A DNA stretch of 64,000 nucleotides from an uncultured Acidobacteriota bacterium (GCA_913052135.1 CAJXDY010000007.1:4141-68140), one strand, 5' to 3'. Shown: positions 36,901 through 45,672, numbered from the stretch's first letter. Notes: generated from the sequence alone by a model not told the origin. Program-made: numbers and translations.

Positions 36901-37594
36901 CTACACAATGAGCAACATGAAGGACAATCAGTGGGGCGAAAGCGTCAGCTTCGCTAGCCGCACCGCGGCCCCGCAGAATGTCTACAACATCGAAGATGGT
37001 GAGTATGGTCGCAGCATTATCGACTCACCGCATCGCTTAATCTTGGCTCCGATCATCCGGATTCCAGGACCTGGCGAAGATAATCCAGCAGCCAACTTCA
37101 TTCTTGGCGGCTGGTCGATGTCTGCTGTTGTGGAGATGGTTAGCGGCCCGCCTGTCAACGTTGTGGCAAGCGGCGGTCTTTCAGACTCCAACCTCGGCCT
37201 TATGGGTGCACGGCAGCGCCCGAACCTGAGCGGTTCATCGAGCACGTCCGGTAGCGATCTGGCGCGTGTTGCGAGTAAGGGTAACGAGGCAGCTCGGTGG
37301 TTCCAGGCGTCAGCGTATACGGATCCCGGAAAGGGTGCCTTCGGAAATGCCCCGCGTGCGGATGGCAACTCCCGATACCAGTTCCGGAAGAATATTGACT
37401 TTGTCCTCGCAAAGGACACCAATGTTGGTGCCGGCGCGGTTTTCCAGACAAGGTTTGAAATCCTGAATGCGACCGCAACACCGAAGTTCGGTGGCCTCAG
37501 CTCGAACTCGTACAACAGTTCGACGTTTGGTCGAATTACGCGTCAGAACGGGTTCATGCGCATTTGGCAGATCAGCTTCCGTCTCTCCTACTAA
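33962..37594 (+). CDS. Oar-like TonB-dependent outer-membrane receptor with CarboxypepD_reg N-terminal domain
   Basis: Signal peptide, then a CarboxypepD_reg block (GNLRGSVADAQGIIPGVTVTLTNEGT...GEYSFVAVTNGTYTV). A plug-like region follows (ITVTAAAPLIETSNAS...), then an approximately 1000-aa beta-rich barrel ending in ...ISFRLSY. Confidence 0.85.
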   Translation: MRKSVMLVLCALLLVGSATDAMSQQFTGNLRGSVADAQGIIPGVTVTLTNEGTTIARDTITNGVGEYSFVAVTNGTYTVRTSLPGYRTLEQRGLVIGTNANITLDLVLEVGTVEEEITVTAAAPLIETSNASVGESLDREILEMLPAPGRNAFLIAVTIPTVMPVGDPRFNRQQDQTNASRISLGGGGVRANNYILDGVPITELSGRAVLNPTIEALADVKVSVHTYDAEMGRTGGGVFNTTGRVGTNEFHGSGFFQTRPVWGQMLNYFVSESGGTKKSSALDQSYYRLFGGGVGGPIVRNRTFWWYGMEGYRSFTTDTPQRTWAGPNQKLGDFSSSTISGTAVRIWNPYCRGLSAANTRCPATGSGSLATPEFTGAIIPSSHPARSTVAGNINALWPTKTISGRTYAGNEDGQPNATDSSQTIDKADMYTFKVEHKFSDNWSLSGLYLYNKTDEPASDYIGDKTAKTDYFFSGATWYLERRPHVFVANNTNILNDTTVLTMRYGWTRWLDNTIPGVSPKGPSALGFPSSFTSGIHETGKTLLSGINFSGNVGYRAIGKNAKTLGRVWKSPISANIALSKLWGAHTVKVGTDYRQMGINTPTRYNTAGRFTFEENFTKGPAGEGGHEYASFLLGALNGGAVDANRGLLDMYTTYMGAYFQDDWRVNSRFTLNWGVRLEHENGMSERDNKITVAFDPNIPSPLGTQLNTAGQTVNAAVGKTLMGGLIFAGVDGATTEQGNLAAVRVSPRLGMTYSLNDETVVRAGYGLFYAPWQYSTGSHGQIGFTRATSVSQTSADLTEAPITTLDNPFPSGLQSPVGSTLGLLTGIGGNIQFVDQDKGDPTVHQYSLDLQRELPGNMAITIGYTGATGRNIGYCGTNSGCTVNINQINPATAKSSYPSGSTWDPAALRASVTNPFLGAAGAGEYKTRSTIAAGQLIRPFPQFGNVQRLEQTAGGKRQYHAFVLKLDKRTGGSWWGGRVSYTMSNMKDNQWGESVSFASRTAAPQNVYNIEDGEYGRSIIDSPHRLILAPIIRIPGPGEDNPAANFILGGWSMSAVVEMVSGPPVNVVASGGLSDSNLGLMGARQRPNLSGSSSTSGSDLARVASKGNEAARWFQASAYTDPGKGAFGNAPRADGNSRYQFRKNIDFVLAKDTNVGAGAVFQTRFEILNATATPKFGGLSSNSYNSSTFGRITRQNGFMRIWQISFRLSY

Positions 37595-37621
37595 GACGGC
37601 AGTCAGTCTGTTTGAACATTG

Positions 37622-37655
37622 AAAGAGGCGGCCTTCGGGCCGCCTCTTTTTTTTG
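37622..37655 (+). terminator. Rho-independent terminator
   Basis: AGAGGCGGCC-TTCG-GGCCGCCTCT is a 10-bp GC-rich stem with a tetraloop. It is followed by T8 and begins about 30 nt after the receptor stop. Confidence 0.85.
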
Positions 37656-37724
37656 TGGTCACCCCCTCTTTTTTATCTGGCTTCCGAGTGGTTATTACCG
37701 GCGCGGGTCTGAAGGCATGCTAGG

Positions 37725-37763
37725 AGTGCTTGACAGAACGCACTCTGTCGACGATTGTGGAAG
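37725..37763 (+). promoter_or_regulatory. Promoter-like motif, copy 1 (AGTGCTTGACAG...GATTGTGGAAG)
   Basis: 31 of 39 nt are identical to copy 2 at 40204-40242. It contains TTGACA, a 17-nt spacer and GATTGT. It lies downstream of the terminator and upstream of the second TonB receptor. Confidence 0.4.
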
Positions 37764-37810
37764 GGAAGTCGTGCGTAGGACGACATAGTGCCGGTGGGAG
37801 CTCCTCTCTC

Positions 37811-40066
37811 TTGATCCAATTCATCATCCGTTGCTGTCTGCTTGCGACCCTGTCTACCAGCTCGCTGGGCATGGCGACGGCGACGTTTGCGGCTGGACTG
37901 GACGGCAAGGTTCTTGACCCAGCTGGCCGTGTCGTGCCAGGCGCCACGGTGCTCGTATCTGACTTGAGCATGGTCCGGGCGACGATCTTGACGGACGATC
38001 AGGGCCGGTTTGCGTTTACCGATCTACCTCCGGGACGTTACGAAGTGCGAGTGGTTCATGCGGGGTTCGGTGCGCCCTTGATCATGGTGAATCTCGTGCG
38101 TGACGTTGTGCGGTCGGTGTCCATCGTCTTGCAGGTGCGCGCAGTTTCCGAATCGATTGTTGTGACCGCGGCCGCCCTGGAACAGCCCCGGTCGCGTGTC
38201 AATGACAGTGTGTCGGTGGTCACGCGCGAGCAGATTGCCGCCCGCCAGATCGAGACGGTCGCCGACGCGCTCCGCTTGGTGATACCAGGCCTTAGTGTGA
38301 CGCGAGCCGGTGGCCGAGGGGGCCTCACCGAATTGTACGCGCGCGGCGGCGAGTCAGATTTTTCGCTCGTGCTCATCGACGGTGTTCGGGTCAATGGTTT
38401 CGGTGGCAGTTATGACTTCGCGCACTTGCCGGTCGGTGACATCGAGCGGATTGAAGTGGTCCGAGGCCCACAGAGCGCCATATACGGGTCGGACGCAATC
38501 GGTTCGGTCGTCCAGATCATCACGCGCCAGGGAGGACCACCACGCGCAGACGGGGTAATCGAGCGAGGTGCCTTCGGCACCTCCCGTGTGGGCGTGAACA
38601 CCGCGGGTACGTTGAATGCCTTCAGTTGGGGTGCGGCTTTCGAACAGCTCGACAGCGACGGGCAGACCGGCAGGACTCTCGCGTCAGGTGAGACAGTCAG
38701 CAATGATGACTACCTACGTCGCGATCTGTCCCTGACAGGGCGCTGGCGCGGAACCAAGGGTACTGTGCTCCGCTCCACGTTTCGCTACGGGACCAACGAC
38801 CGTGGTTTTCCAGGGCCGTGGGGTAGTGACCCTGGTGGTACTTATTCCGGTGTCGATCCAGTCTCGCGTGGCAACAACAACAACCGGCTTTTCTCAGTCG
38901 GTGTCAGTCAGCGGCTGGGTCGACGTATCGACCAGCGAGTCGATGTCAACCACACGAGGACCAAGAGTCTGTTCAAGAGCCCGTCAGGCGAGTCGAGATC
39001 TGAATCCAGTCGTCTGACAGTCCGGGCGCGCACCGACGCAAGGCTGCGGCCGGGCCTTGTGGTGACTGGTGGCCTCGATTTCCAGCGCGAAGAGGCCGGC
39101 AATGCCTTCATCACGGACAGCGCGTTCAACGAAATACCGGTCGAGCGCCAGATCATAGGCTATTTTGGCGAACTCCGGTTCGACCCGACCACACGCCTGT
39201 CGATGGCTGGAGGGGTCCGTCTGGACCAGATCCGGCTGAAGGCCTTGGCCGGTGACGGGTTTGGGCGTCCGACGTTTACCGACCGGACAGAGATGTCGGT
39301 GAATCCCAAGGTGTCGTTCGGCTGGTATATGCGACCGGCGGACGTCACGGACAACTGGAGCCGGCTTCGCGTAAGCGCTGGCACGGGCATCCGGCCACCA
39401 GGAGCGTTCGAAATCGCGTTCACCGACAACCCCGCGCTGAAGCCTGAGCGAACTCGGAGCGTGGATGTTGGCTTAGGGCAAGCGCTCGCCTCTGGTCGCA
39501 TCGTCCTTGAGGCAACCGCGTTCTTCAATCGCTACGATGATCTAATTGTTTCGGTAGGTCAGTCGTTCAAGGATGCTAGCCAGTTCCGGACCGATAACCT
39601 CGATAACTCCCGGGCGCGTGGACTCGAAGTGGCCGCCAGTGCGCGCACGGACCAAGGGCTTGAGGTTCGCGCCACCTATACATGGCTTCACACTGAGGTA
39701 CTCGCGCTCGACGAGACTCTCGGTCAAGCCAAGACAGGGTTCAACGTGGGTGACTCGCTCCTACGCCGGCCTCGTCATCAGGGCAGTCTGGAAATCCTGT
39801 TCACGCAGTCCCTGCTCACAGTCTTTACCTCTGCCGGCGCGCGAGGCCGGACACTCGATGTCGACCCGTCGTACGGCACGTTCGGAGGACTGTTCCACAA
39901 TCCTGGCTATAAGGTAGTTGATTTGGGAGGCAGCCTCCGAATCTTGGAGGAGCTCGAACTGACGGCTCGCGTGCAGAATTTGTTTAATCGTCACTATGAG
40001 GAGGCGTTCGGCTTTCCAGCGCTCGGGCGCAGCTTCGTCGCAGGAGTCCGGATTGCTACACGTTGA
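37811..40066 (+). CDS. TonB-dependent receptor (CarboxypepD_reg + plug + barrel)
   Basis: CarboxypepD_reg block (GKVLDPAGRVVPGATVLV...GRFAFTDLPPGRYEV). Plug blocks (SVSVVTREQIAARQIETVADALRL, LIDGVRVNG, IERIEVVRGPQSAIYGSDAIGSVVQIITR). Start proposed at TTG 37811 (MIQFIIRCCLLATLSTSSLGMATATFA), with GGGAG upstream. The ORF-track start at 37730 is the TTG of the TTGACA box. Confidence 0.8.
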   Translation: MIQFIIRCCLLATLSTSSLGMATATFAAGLDGKVLDPAGRVVPGATVLVSDLSMVRATILTDDQGRFAFTDLPPGRYEVRVVHAGFGAPLIMVNLVRDVVRSVSIVLQVRAVSESIVVTAAALEQPRSRVNDSVSVVTREQIAARQIETVADALRLVIPGLSVTRAGGRGGLTELYARGGESDFSLVLIDGVRVNGFGGSYDFAHLPVGDIERIEVVRGPQSAIYGSDAIGSVVQIITRQGGPPRADGVIERGAFGTSRVGVNTAGTLNAFSWGAAFEQLDSDGQTGRTLASGETVSNDDYLRRDLSLTGRWRGTKGTVLRSTFRYGTNDRGFPGPWGSDPGGTYSGVDPVSRGNNNNRLFSVGVSQRLGRRIDQRVDVNHTRTKSLFKSPSGESRSESSRLTVRARTDARLRPGLVVTGGLDFQREEAGNAFITDSAFNEIPVERQIIGYFGELRFDPTTRLSMAGGVRLDQIRLKALAGDGFGRPTFTDRTEMSVNPKVSFGWYMRPADVTDNWSRLRVSAGTGIRPPGAFEIAFTDNPALKPERTRSVDVGLGQALASGRIVLEATAFFNRYDDLIVSVGQSFKDASQFRTDNLDNSRARGLEVAASARTDQGLEVRATYTWLHTEVLALDETLGQAKTGFNVGDSLLRRPRHQGSLEILFTQSLLTVFTSAGARGRTLDVDPSYGTFGGLFHNPGYKVVDLGGSLRILEELELTARVQNLFNRHYEEAFGFPALGRSFVAGVRIATR

Positions 40067-40203
40067 GGCTGTTTTGTTGGCAATCTGTTCGCTCGTGTGG
40101 TGACATCAAGGCAACATGACCGTCTGGGGCCAAGCATAGGGCACGCTTAATGACTTTAGCTCCTCTTCCTTCATTACGATTACGAGTATTTAGGCCTATC
40201 AGA

Positions 40204-40242
40204 AGTGCTTGACAGCACGCGCTATCTCGGAGATCGTGAAAG
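40204..40242 (+). promoter_or_regulatory. Promoter-like motif, copy 2 (AGTGCTTGACAG...GATCGTGAAAG)
   Basis: See copy 1. It ends about 18 nt upstream of the ATG of the CRTAC1-like gene. Confidence 0.4.
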
Positions 40243-40260
40243 AAGAACATCTAGTAAAAG

Positions 40261-42582
40261 ATGATGCAATATCTGGGATCTGTATACAGCGTCACCAAGG
40301 TAATCCTCTGTGTGGTGATCATTTTGGTGATGTCACCTGAAGTTCAGACACAGTCTGCTTCCCAGTCGACAAATCCGTTGTCGTTACCATTTGGCGCACG
40401 ACAACTGTTTGGCGATCGTGAGCAACTGGATCAAGACCTCTGGGCGCCCGAAGTTTTGGCACAACGGTATGAACGACGTTTTGTCGCGCTGTGGGATGCC
40501 TTGCTAACCCGAGATGACAAGTTTGCAATCCTCGCGGCGGTGCCGTTTTCCAAACTCACCATGGGTACCCCTGGGAGATTCGAGACGCTCGGTCTGGGAA
40601 TTCAGCGGAGCCAGTTTGGCGCGCCGACGGTCGACTTAGATCCTGCAGCCTGGAAGCGCCTACTTGACCGGTTTCAGCGTGAGGGATATGTGATCGAACA
40701 GACCGAATGGCACCACAGCAAGTTCGAAATGCCCCAGAACGAACGTCCTGCCTCTTCTGAAGTCGTAAGTGTGATTCATGCAACCCGTGCCGATCCGGCC
40801 CACCGTGTGATGCTCCGAGCGGTACTTCGAGTGGAGTGGTCGCCTCGCGTTGATGCCGAAGATTTGCCGATTCCAGATCGCATTGTGATTAAGGACGTTG
40901 AAATGCTGGAACGGCACGCGCCGGCGGCCTTTCAGGAAGTTTTCACGGTAGAACGAACACAGACGCGGTATCCACTCGGTCCCCTACTCGTACAGGATCT
41001 TGATGGGGATGGGCTCTCAGAGATTATCCTTGGCGGATTTAACCAGACGTTGTGGAATCGTGGAAACGGTCAATTTGCGGCGGAACCGTTTCTGGCTGAT
41101 GACCAACACATCTTCTCCGATGCTGGCATTCTGGCTGACTTTACGAATGATGGGTATGTCGACTTCGTTGCGGTAAATACCAGTATGCACCCGTTTCTTT
41201 TTGAGGGCAGCGCCGAGGGACAGTTCGTAAAGAAGGGAATCCAGATTTCTGAGGCGACCTTTGAACAGCCTAGGTCACTGACGGCTGGCGATATCGACGC
41301 CGATGGGGACCTCGATCTCTTCATTGCGAACTACAAGAGCGCCTATATTGGTGGCCAGATGCCCAGTCCATACTACGACGCCAACGACGGTTTTCCAGCG
41401 GCGCTCTTGCGCAACGACGGCGATGGTTCGTTCACGGATGTCACCGACGTGGCAGGGCTCGGACACAAGCGGTTCCGACGGACCTATAGCAGCTCTTTTG
41501 TCGATCTCGACGACGATCGCGATATGGATTTACTGGTTGTCAGCGATTTCGCCGGCTTCGATATGTATCTGAATGATGGGCACGGGCATTTCACGGATGT
41601 CACTGAGGTATTCGGTCGTGATCGCTACATGTTTGGCATGTCCCATACGTTCGGGGATTATGATCTTGATGGGGATCTGGATTTTTATGTGATCGGAATG
41701 AGTTCAACGACCGCCCGGCGGCTTGAAAGTTTGGGCCTTGGGCGAAACGACAAGCCGGAACACAACGCATTGCGCCAGGCGATGGGATATGGCAATCGGA
41801 TGTTCCTGCGAAACGGGAATGGGTTCGAGCCAGCGTCATTTAATGCCGATGTTGCCCGCACCGGCTGGTCGTGGGGAACGTCATCGTTCGATTTTGACAA
41901 TGATGGCGATAAGGACATCTTCGTTGCTAATGGACATATTAGCGGGGGGAGTACTCAGGATTACTGCACCACCTTCTGGCGGCACGATATCTATACGGAC
42001 AATTCCCAGGATGATGTTGCACGCGAAAATATGTTTCAATTTGTCATGACCCCACTCCAGGAAACTGAAATCTCCTGGAACGGCTATGAGCACAAGGTCT
42101 TATTAATGAATCACGGCGGTACGGGGTTTACGAACGTTGCGTATCTGTTGGGTGTAGGCTTTGAGTACGACGGGCGCGCTGTGGTAACCGAAGACTTGGA
42201 TGCAGATGGTCGTGTGGACCTCCTGGTGCTCGAAATTAAGTCGGGTGGTGGTGCTGGAGATCAGAACGACCAGATTCTCCATGTCTATCAGAATCGGCTC
42301 ATGGAAGCTGGCAATTGGGTCGGGGTACGCTTGGATCAGGCTCGCTCAAACCGGTCGCCGATTGGAGCAACCGTGACCGTGGTGACGGCTACAGGGTCAC
42401 AAATGACTCGTTTCGTCACCGGCGATTCGTTTTCTGCACAACACTCGGCGACCGCACACTTTGGCCTTGGTGACCTAACTGCCATTGACTCGATTGAAAT
42501 CCAATGGGCCGATGGCACGCATCAGCGCATTGAGGATCCTGCGCTTAATCAATATCTGGCTCTCCCTCTATCCGACGACTGA
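40261..42582 (+). CDS. CRTAC1-family protein (FG-GAP/VCBS repeats + ASPIC/UnbV C-terminal domain)
   Basis: Repeated Ca-binding-like DxDxDG blocks (DLDGDGLSE, DIDADGDLDLFIAN, DYDLDGDLDFYV, DFDNDGDKDIFVANGH, DLDADGRVDLLV). UnbV-like C-terminus (NWVGVRL...PIGATVTV...GDSFSAQHSATAHFGLG). The N-terminal ~250 aa are unassigned. Confidence 0.8.
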   Translation: MMQYLGSVYSVTKVILCVVIILVMSPEVQTQSASQSTNPLSLPFGARQLFGDREQLDQDLWAPEVLAQRYERRFVALWDALLTRDDKFAILAAVPFSKLTMGTPGRFETLGLGIQRSQFGAPTVDLDPAAWKRLLDRFQREGYVIEQTEWHHSKFEMPQNERPASSEVVSVIHATRADPAHRVMLRAVLRVEWSPRVDAEDLPIPDRIVIKDVEMLERHAPAAFQEVFTVERTQTRYPLGPLLVQDLDGDGLSEIILGGFNQTLWNRGNGQFAAEPFLADDQHIFSDAGILADFTNDGYVDFVAVNTSMHPFLFEGSAEGQFVKKGIQISEATFEQPRSLTAGDIDADGDLDLFIANYKSAYIGGQMPSPYYDANDGFPAALLRNDGDGSFTDVTDVAGLGHKRFRRTYSSSFVDLDDDRDMDLLVVSDFAGFDMYLNDGHGHFTDVTEVFGRDRYMFGMSHTFGDYDLDGDLDFYVIGMSSTTARRLESLGLGRNDKPEHNALRQAMGYGNRMFLRNGNGFEPASFNADVARTGWSWGTSSFDFDNDGDKDIFVANGHISGGSTQDYCTTFWRHDIYTDNSQDDVARENMFQFVMTPLQETEISWNGYEHKVLLMNHGGTGFTNVAYLLGVGFEYDGRAVVTEDLDADGRVDLLVLEIKSGGGAGDQNDQILHVYQNRLMEAGNWVGVRLDQARSNRSPIGATVTVVTATGSQMTRFVTGDSFSAQHSATAHFGLGDLTAIDSIEIQWADGTHQRIEDPALNQYLALPLSDD

Positions 42583-42608
42583 ACCACTCAAGAGGATGGG
42601 ATGTTTCG

Positions 42609-44255
42609 CTAAGGTGCGTTGAGTGCTTCAAGGCGAGATTCGTAGTATCTGGCCGTAGCGACGTCATCGATTCCGTGATAGTAATCGGCGAGGTTCTGGT
42701 AGGCCGGCACAAAGTAGGGATTAAGTTCGAGCGTGCTTTTCCAGTAGGGCACCGCGTCAGCTATGCGGCCAACCAGTTTATTGTACAAACCGAGATTGAA
42801 ATGGGCCTCGGCGTTTTCAGGGTTGACCCGCAGTTCTTCCAAGAATCGTGCTTTCGCCGACGCTGAGTCCCCTTTCGCCATCAAGACGATACCGAGGTTG
42901 TTATTGGCTTTCGGTGTTTCAGGATCGAGTGAGAGTGCTCGACGATAATGGAGTTCTGCCTGACCTGGACGGCCGCGTTCTTCTTCCATCTGCCCAAGAT
43001 TGACGAGCGCAATTGGCGCGTACGGGCTGTCGTTGGTGGCGCTTGCCCAGTATGTAAATCGATCGGTAAAGACTGCTGAATGTCGGACAGTCTGGACGGT
43101 GAACAGAGCCAATAAGATTACGGCCACGACGTGCTGACGGCGTGCCGTGTGTTCAGCGATCTTGATCTGGGAGAGGCCAATGCACAGGCCGAGCAGGGGG
43201 ACGTAGGCGCGATGTTCGTAGATTGGCATTTCGTCGACCAGTAAGGTCGGCAGTAAAAAGAGGAGGAACCATCCCCAGACAAACACCTGTCGACGTGGTG
43301 TCAGCACGCGACCAAATATGGTTGCACAGATACCAAGGGCCAACACCCCTAGCATAAGTCCAGTGACGTCCAACGATGGCATGATGCTGAGACGAATGGG
43401 TGCAACAACTTTACCGGTATGGACTAAGAGGTCTGGAATATTCACGAACAGCGTCTGGCTTAAGGACCGGATCGTTGTGACTTCAAACACGTCACCGCCC
43501 GAGAGGGCCTGCTGTCGCAGACCGTACCAGCCAAGCAGAATTACCCCATAACCCATGAGCAAGCTGCGGTGCCGGAGATAAAAACTGGATTGCCCGACCC
43601 ACAACCAGGCGAATAGGACGAATAGTGGGAGCATCATGATCGCGGATTCTTTCGTGAACAGCGCCAGGGCGAATGCGATAAGGTGACCCAACAGAGCAGT
43701 CGTGGCATGAGTTCGACTGAACCGGATCAAACTGAGCATGGATATGAGCACCCACACTGCGAGGAGGAGATCGTTGCGTCCAACGATCCAACAAACAGCT
43801 TGAACGTTTACGGGGTGGACAGCGAACAACAGCGCACACGCCCCGGCCACTCGTCGATCTGCCTGCATCGCGATCAGCAGACTGTAAAGCAGGAACACAA
43901 CCAGTGTATGCATGGCCACATTGGTCACGTGATACACCGTGGCTTCACCACTGCCGAGTTGAGTGTCCAGGATCAATGAAGAAATAACTAAGGGTCGATA
44001 GTAAGTCTTTTGGTCATTAAGTTCGCCGTCGACTTCGAAATAGCTGCGCGTGAAGGTGTCTGGAATATTCCCTAACTGGCTGATAAATAAGCGGTTCTTG
44101 AGAATGAGATCCGCGTCGTCTGCCTGCACGTAATCATACTGGACACTCTGGCCGTAGACCAGCAGCGGTACAAGCACAACGAATAGTAAGAGGCCGCGAC
44201 CAGTGGACGTTGGTTGGTCTCTGCCACGCACCCGCTTTCGATTGTTCACGCTCAC
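42609..44255 (-). CDS. Polytopic membrane protein with C-terminal TPR repeats (TMTC/PMT-like glycosyltransferase architecture)
   Basis: About 10 hydrophobic helices in the first ~400 aa, then TPR-like repeats (AELHYRRALSLDPETPKANNNLG..., AEAHFNLGLYNKLVGRIADAVPYWKSTLELNP). Confidence 0.65.
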   Translation of the reverse strand: MSVNNRKRVRGRDQPTSTGRGLLLFVVLVPLLVYGQSVQYDYVQADDADLILKNRLFISQLGNIPDTFTRSYFEVDGELNDQKTYYRPLVISSLILDTQLGSGEATVYHVTNVAMHTLVVFLLYSLLIAMQADRRVAGACALLFAVHPVNVQAVCWIVGRNDLLLAVWVLISMLSLIRFSRTHATTALLGHLIAFALALFTKESAIMMLPLFVLFAWLWVGQSSFYLRHRSLLMGYGVILLGWYGLRQQALSGGDVFEVTTIRSLSQTLFVNIPDLLVHTGKVVAPIRLSIMPSLDVTGLMLGVLALGICATIFGRVLTPRRQVFVWGWFLLFLLPTLLVDEMPIYEHRAYVPLLGLCIGLSQIKIAEHTARRQHVVAVILLALFTVQTVRHSAVFTDRFTYWASATNDSPYAPIALVNLGQMEEERGRPGQAELHYRRALSLDPETPKANNNLGIVLMAKGDSASAKARFLEELRVNPENAEAHFNLGLYNKLVGRIADAVPYWKSTLELNPYFVPAYQNLADYYHGIDDVATARYYESRLEALNAP

Positions 44256-44338
44256 ACTGCCGTGATTCTAGCGTAATACCTGTCAGTTGGCACTTACTCA
44301 ACAGTGCACAAGGAGTGTGCTACCGAAAAATGTGGCTT

Positions 44339-45196
44339 TCAATATGGTGAAGCACTTGGCTGGTCACGGGGCTTATCCATGGGCCATATACTGAAGCCAA
44401 CTAGACTTGAATTCACCTTGAACTCCGCAACTACTGTTCGCCCGCCACCGTCCGTCAGCCACTCGAACAGATGTTTTGTTAGTTCTCGCGATTCTTGATG
44501 CGGGTCTTCGGTGTTCATGATGACTGCATACGTGTTCAAGAGGCGCGGTCCTCCTTGAAAAACGGGCTGCAGATCTAGAGCATCTTGTGCGCGTGCAAAC
44601 GTCGAATCGTCCGTTAGCATATAGGCTTCTATCTCGCTTGCCATACGCAGACTTCGACCCTGGCCCTGTCCCGTAATAACTAGTTGATCTGCAGATGGAG
44701 TCACACCGGCTAGCGTGAACAATTGCTGCTCGCGGGTGTGAGTGCCGGATTCGTCACCTCGTGAAACAAAACGGGCTCCGTGCTCAACGATTTGCTGCAT
44801 TGCGGTTTCAATGGACGGCGCAGACAGGACGTTTGCTGGATCGTCGAGCGGTCCAACAAGTAAAAATTGGTTGTACATTAGTTTCTTGTATGACCACTCA
44901 GGGTGCTTCGCGAGAAAGCTTGCTTCCATGGTTGGCGCATGACTAATCACTAGGTCGGCTTGTTCACGATCCAACATCTGCAGTGCCAGGCCACTACCTA
45001 CGAGATGGCCATTGATCCGCGCACCAGATACCTTCTCAAAGGCGGGTAACAGTACATCAAGTAGGCCACTATTGCTGACACTTGTGCTGGTAGCAAGAAT
45101 GACAAGCTGTGTCTCACTCTGTGTCGCGCAAGCTGCACCAGTGACTACGAGTCCACACACTAACGAATAGACAAAGTGCTGTTTGAGCCTCTTCAC
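44339..45196 (-). CDS. TupA/WtpA-like (PBP_like_2) periplasmic oxyanion-binding protein, orphan
   Basis: LATSTSVSNSGLLDVLLPAFEKVSGARI...GSGLALQMLDREQADLVISHAP...LMYNQFLLVGPLDDPA matches the tungstate/molybdate-type binding-protein pattern as I recall it. Start placed at GTG 45196, 14 nt after the sufT stop. Confidence 0.6.
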   Translation of the reverse strand: MKRLKQHFVYSLVCGLVVTGAACATQSETQLVILATSTSVSNSGLLDVLLPAFEKVSGARINGHLVGSGLALQMLDREQADLVISHAPTMEASFLAKHPEWSYKKLMYNQFLLVGPLDDPANVLSAPSIETAMQQIVEHGARFVSRGDESGTHTREQQLFTLAGVTPSADQLVITGQGQGRSLRMASEIEAYMLTDDSTFARAQDALDLQPVFQGGPRLLNTYAVIMNTEDPHQESRELTKHLFEWLTDGGGRTVVAEFKVNSSLVGFSIWPMDKPRDQPSASPY

Positions 45197-45210
45197 GTTT
45201 CCTGCGGTTC

Positions 45211-45672
45211 TTAGAGAAGTCCGAGTTGGAGCTTGGCAGCGTCCGACATCTTTGTTTGATCCCAAGGTGGTTCCCAAACCACTTCAACTGTGGCATCAGT
45301 GACATCAGTCACTTCCTTCACCGCGGTTGTGACTTGCTCGGGTAAGATTTGAGCCGCCGGACAATTCGGTGCTGTGAGGGTCATCTGCACCTTGACTACC
45401 GCATCAGCGTTGATCCGGATGTCGTAAATCAAACCAAGTTCATAGATATTGACGGGAATTTCGGGATCGTACACTTTCGAGATAGCTTCAATGATGCGCG
45501 GCTTTAACTTGAGGGTCATTAAAGGATCGTCACTGGACGTTGGAGATGGCTCCGGTGATGGTAGATCCTGAGTTGATGCCGCGGCCACGGCATCGGAATT
45601 CACCGCTGTTTCTGGCGTATCAGGTTGTTCCGCATTGAGCATCGAATCCGAATTGAGATTTAAGATCCCCAT
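45211..45672 (-). CDS. sufT: SUF-associated DUF59/MIP18 Fe-S assembly protein (SufT-like)
   Basis: IIEAISKVYDPEIPVNIYELGLIYDI...MTLTAPNCPAA is the DUF59 block. There is a ~50-aa low-complexity N-terminal extension. Confidence 0.75.
   Translation of the reverse strand: MGILNLNSDSMLNAEQPDTPETAVNSDAVAAASTQDLPSPEPSPTSSDDPLMTLKLKPRIIEAISKVYDPEIPVNIYELGLIYDIRINADAVVKVQMTLTAPNCPAAQILPEQVTTAVKEVTDVTDATVEVVWEPPWDQTKMSDAAKLQLGLL

Noticed and set aside
37730-37810. ORF-track start (TTG 37730) of the second TonB-dependent receptor
   Set aside because: That TTG is part of the TTGACA box of the conserved promoter-like motif. The first 27 residues are not signal-like. TTG 37811 gives a proper signal peptide and has GGGAG upstream.
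37656-37810. Possible cobalamin riboswitch upstream of the BtuB-like receptor (a GGAAGGGAAG stretch and a small hairpin GTCGT-N7-ACGAC)
   Set aside because: The leader is far too short for a ~200-nt B12 element. I could find no B12-box-like sequence (AGYCMGGAGACCKGCC type). Only a 5-bp hairpin is present.
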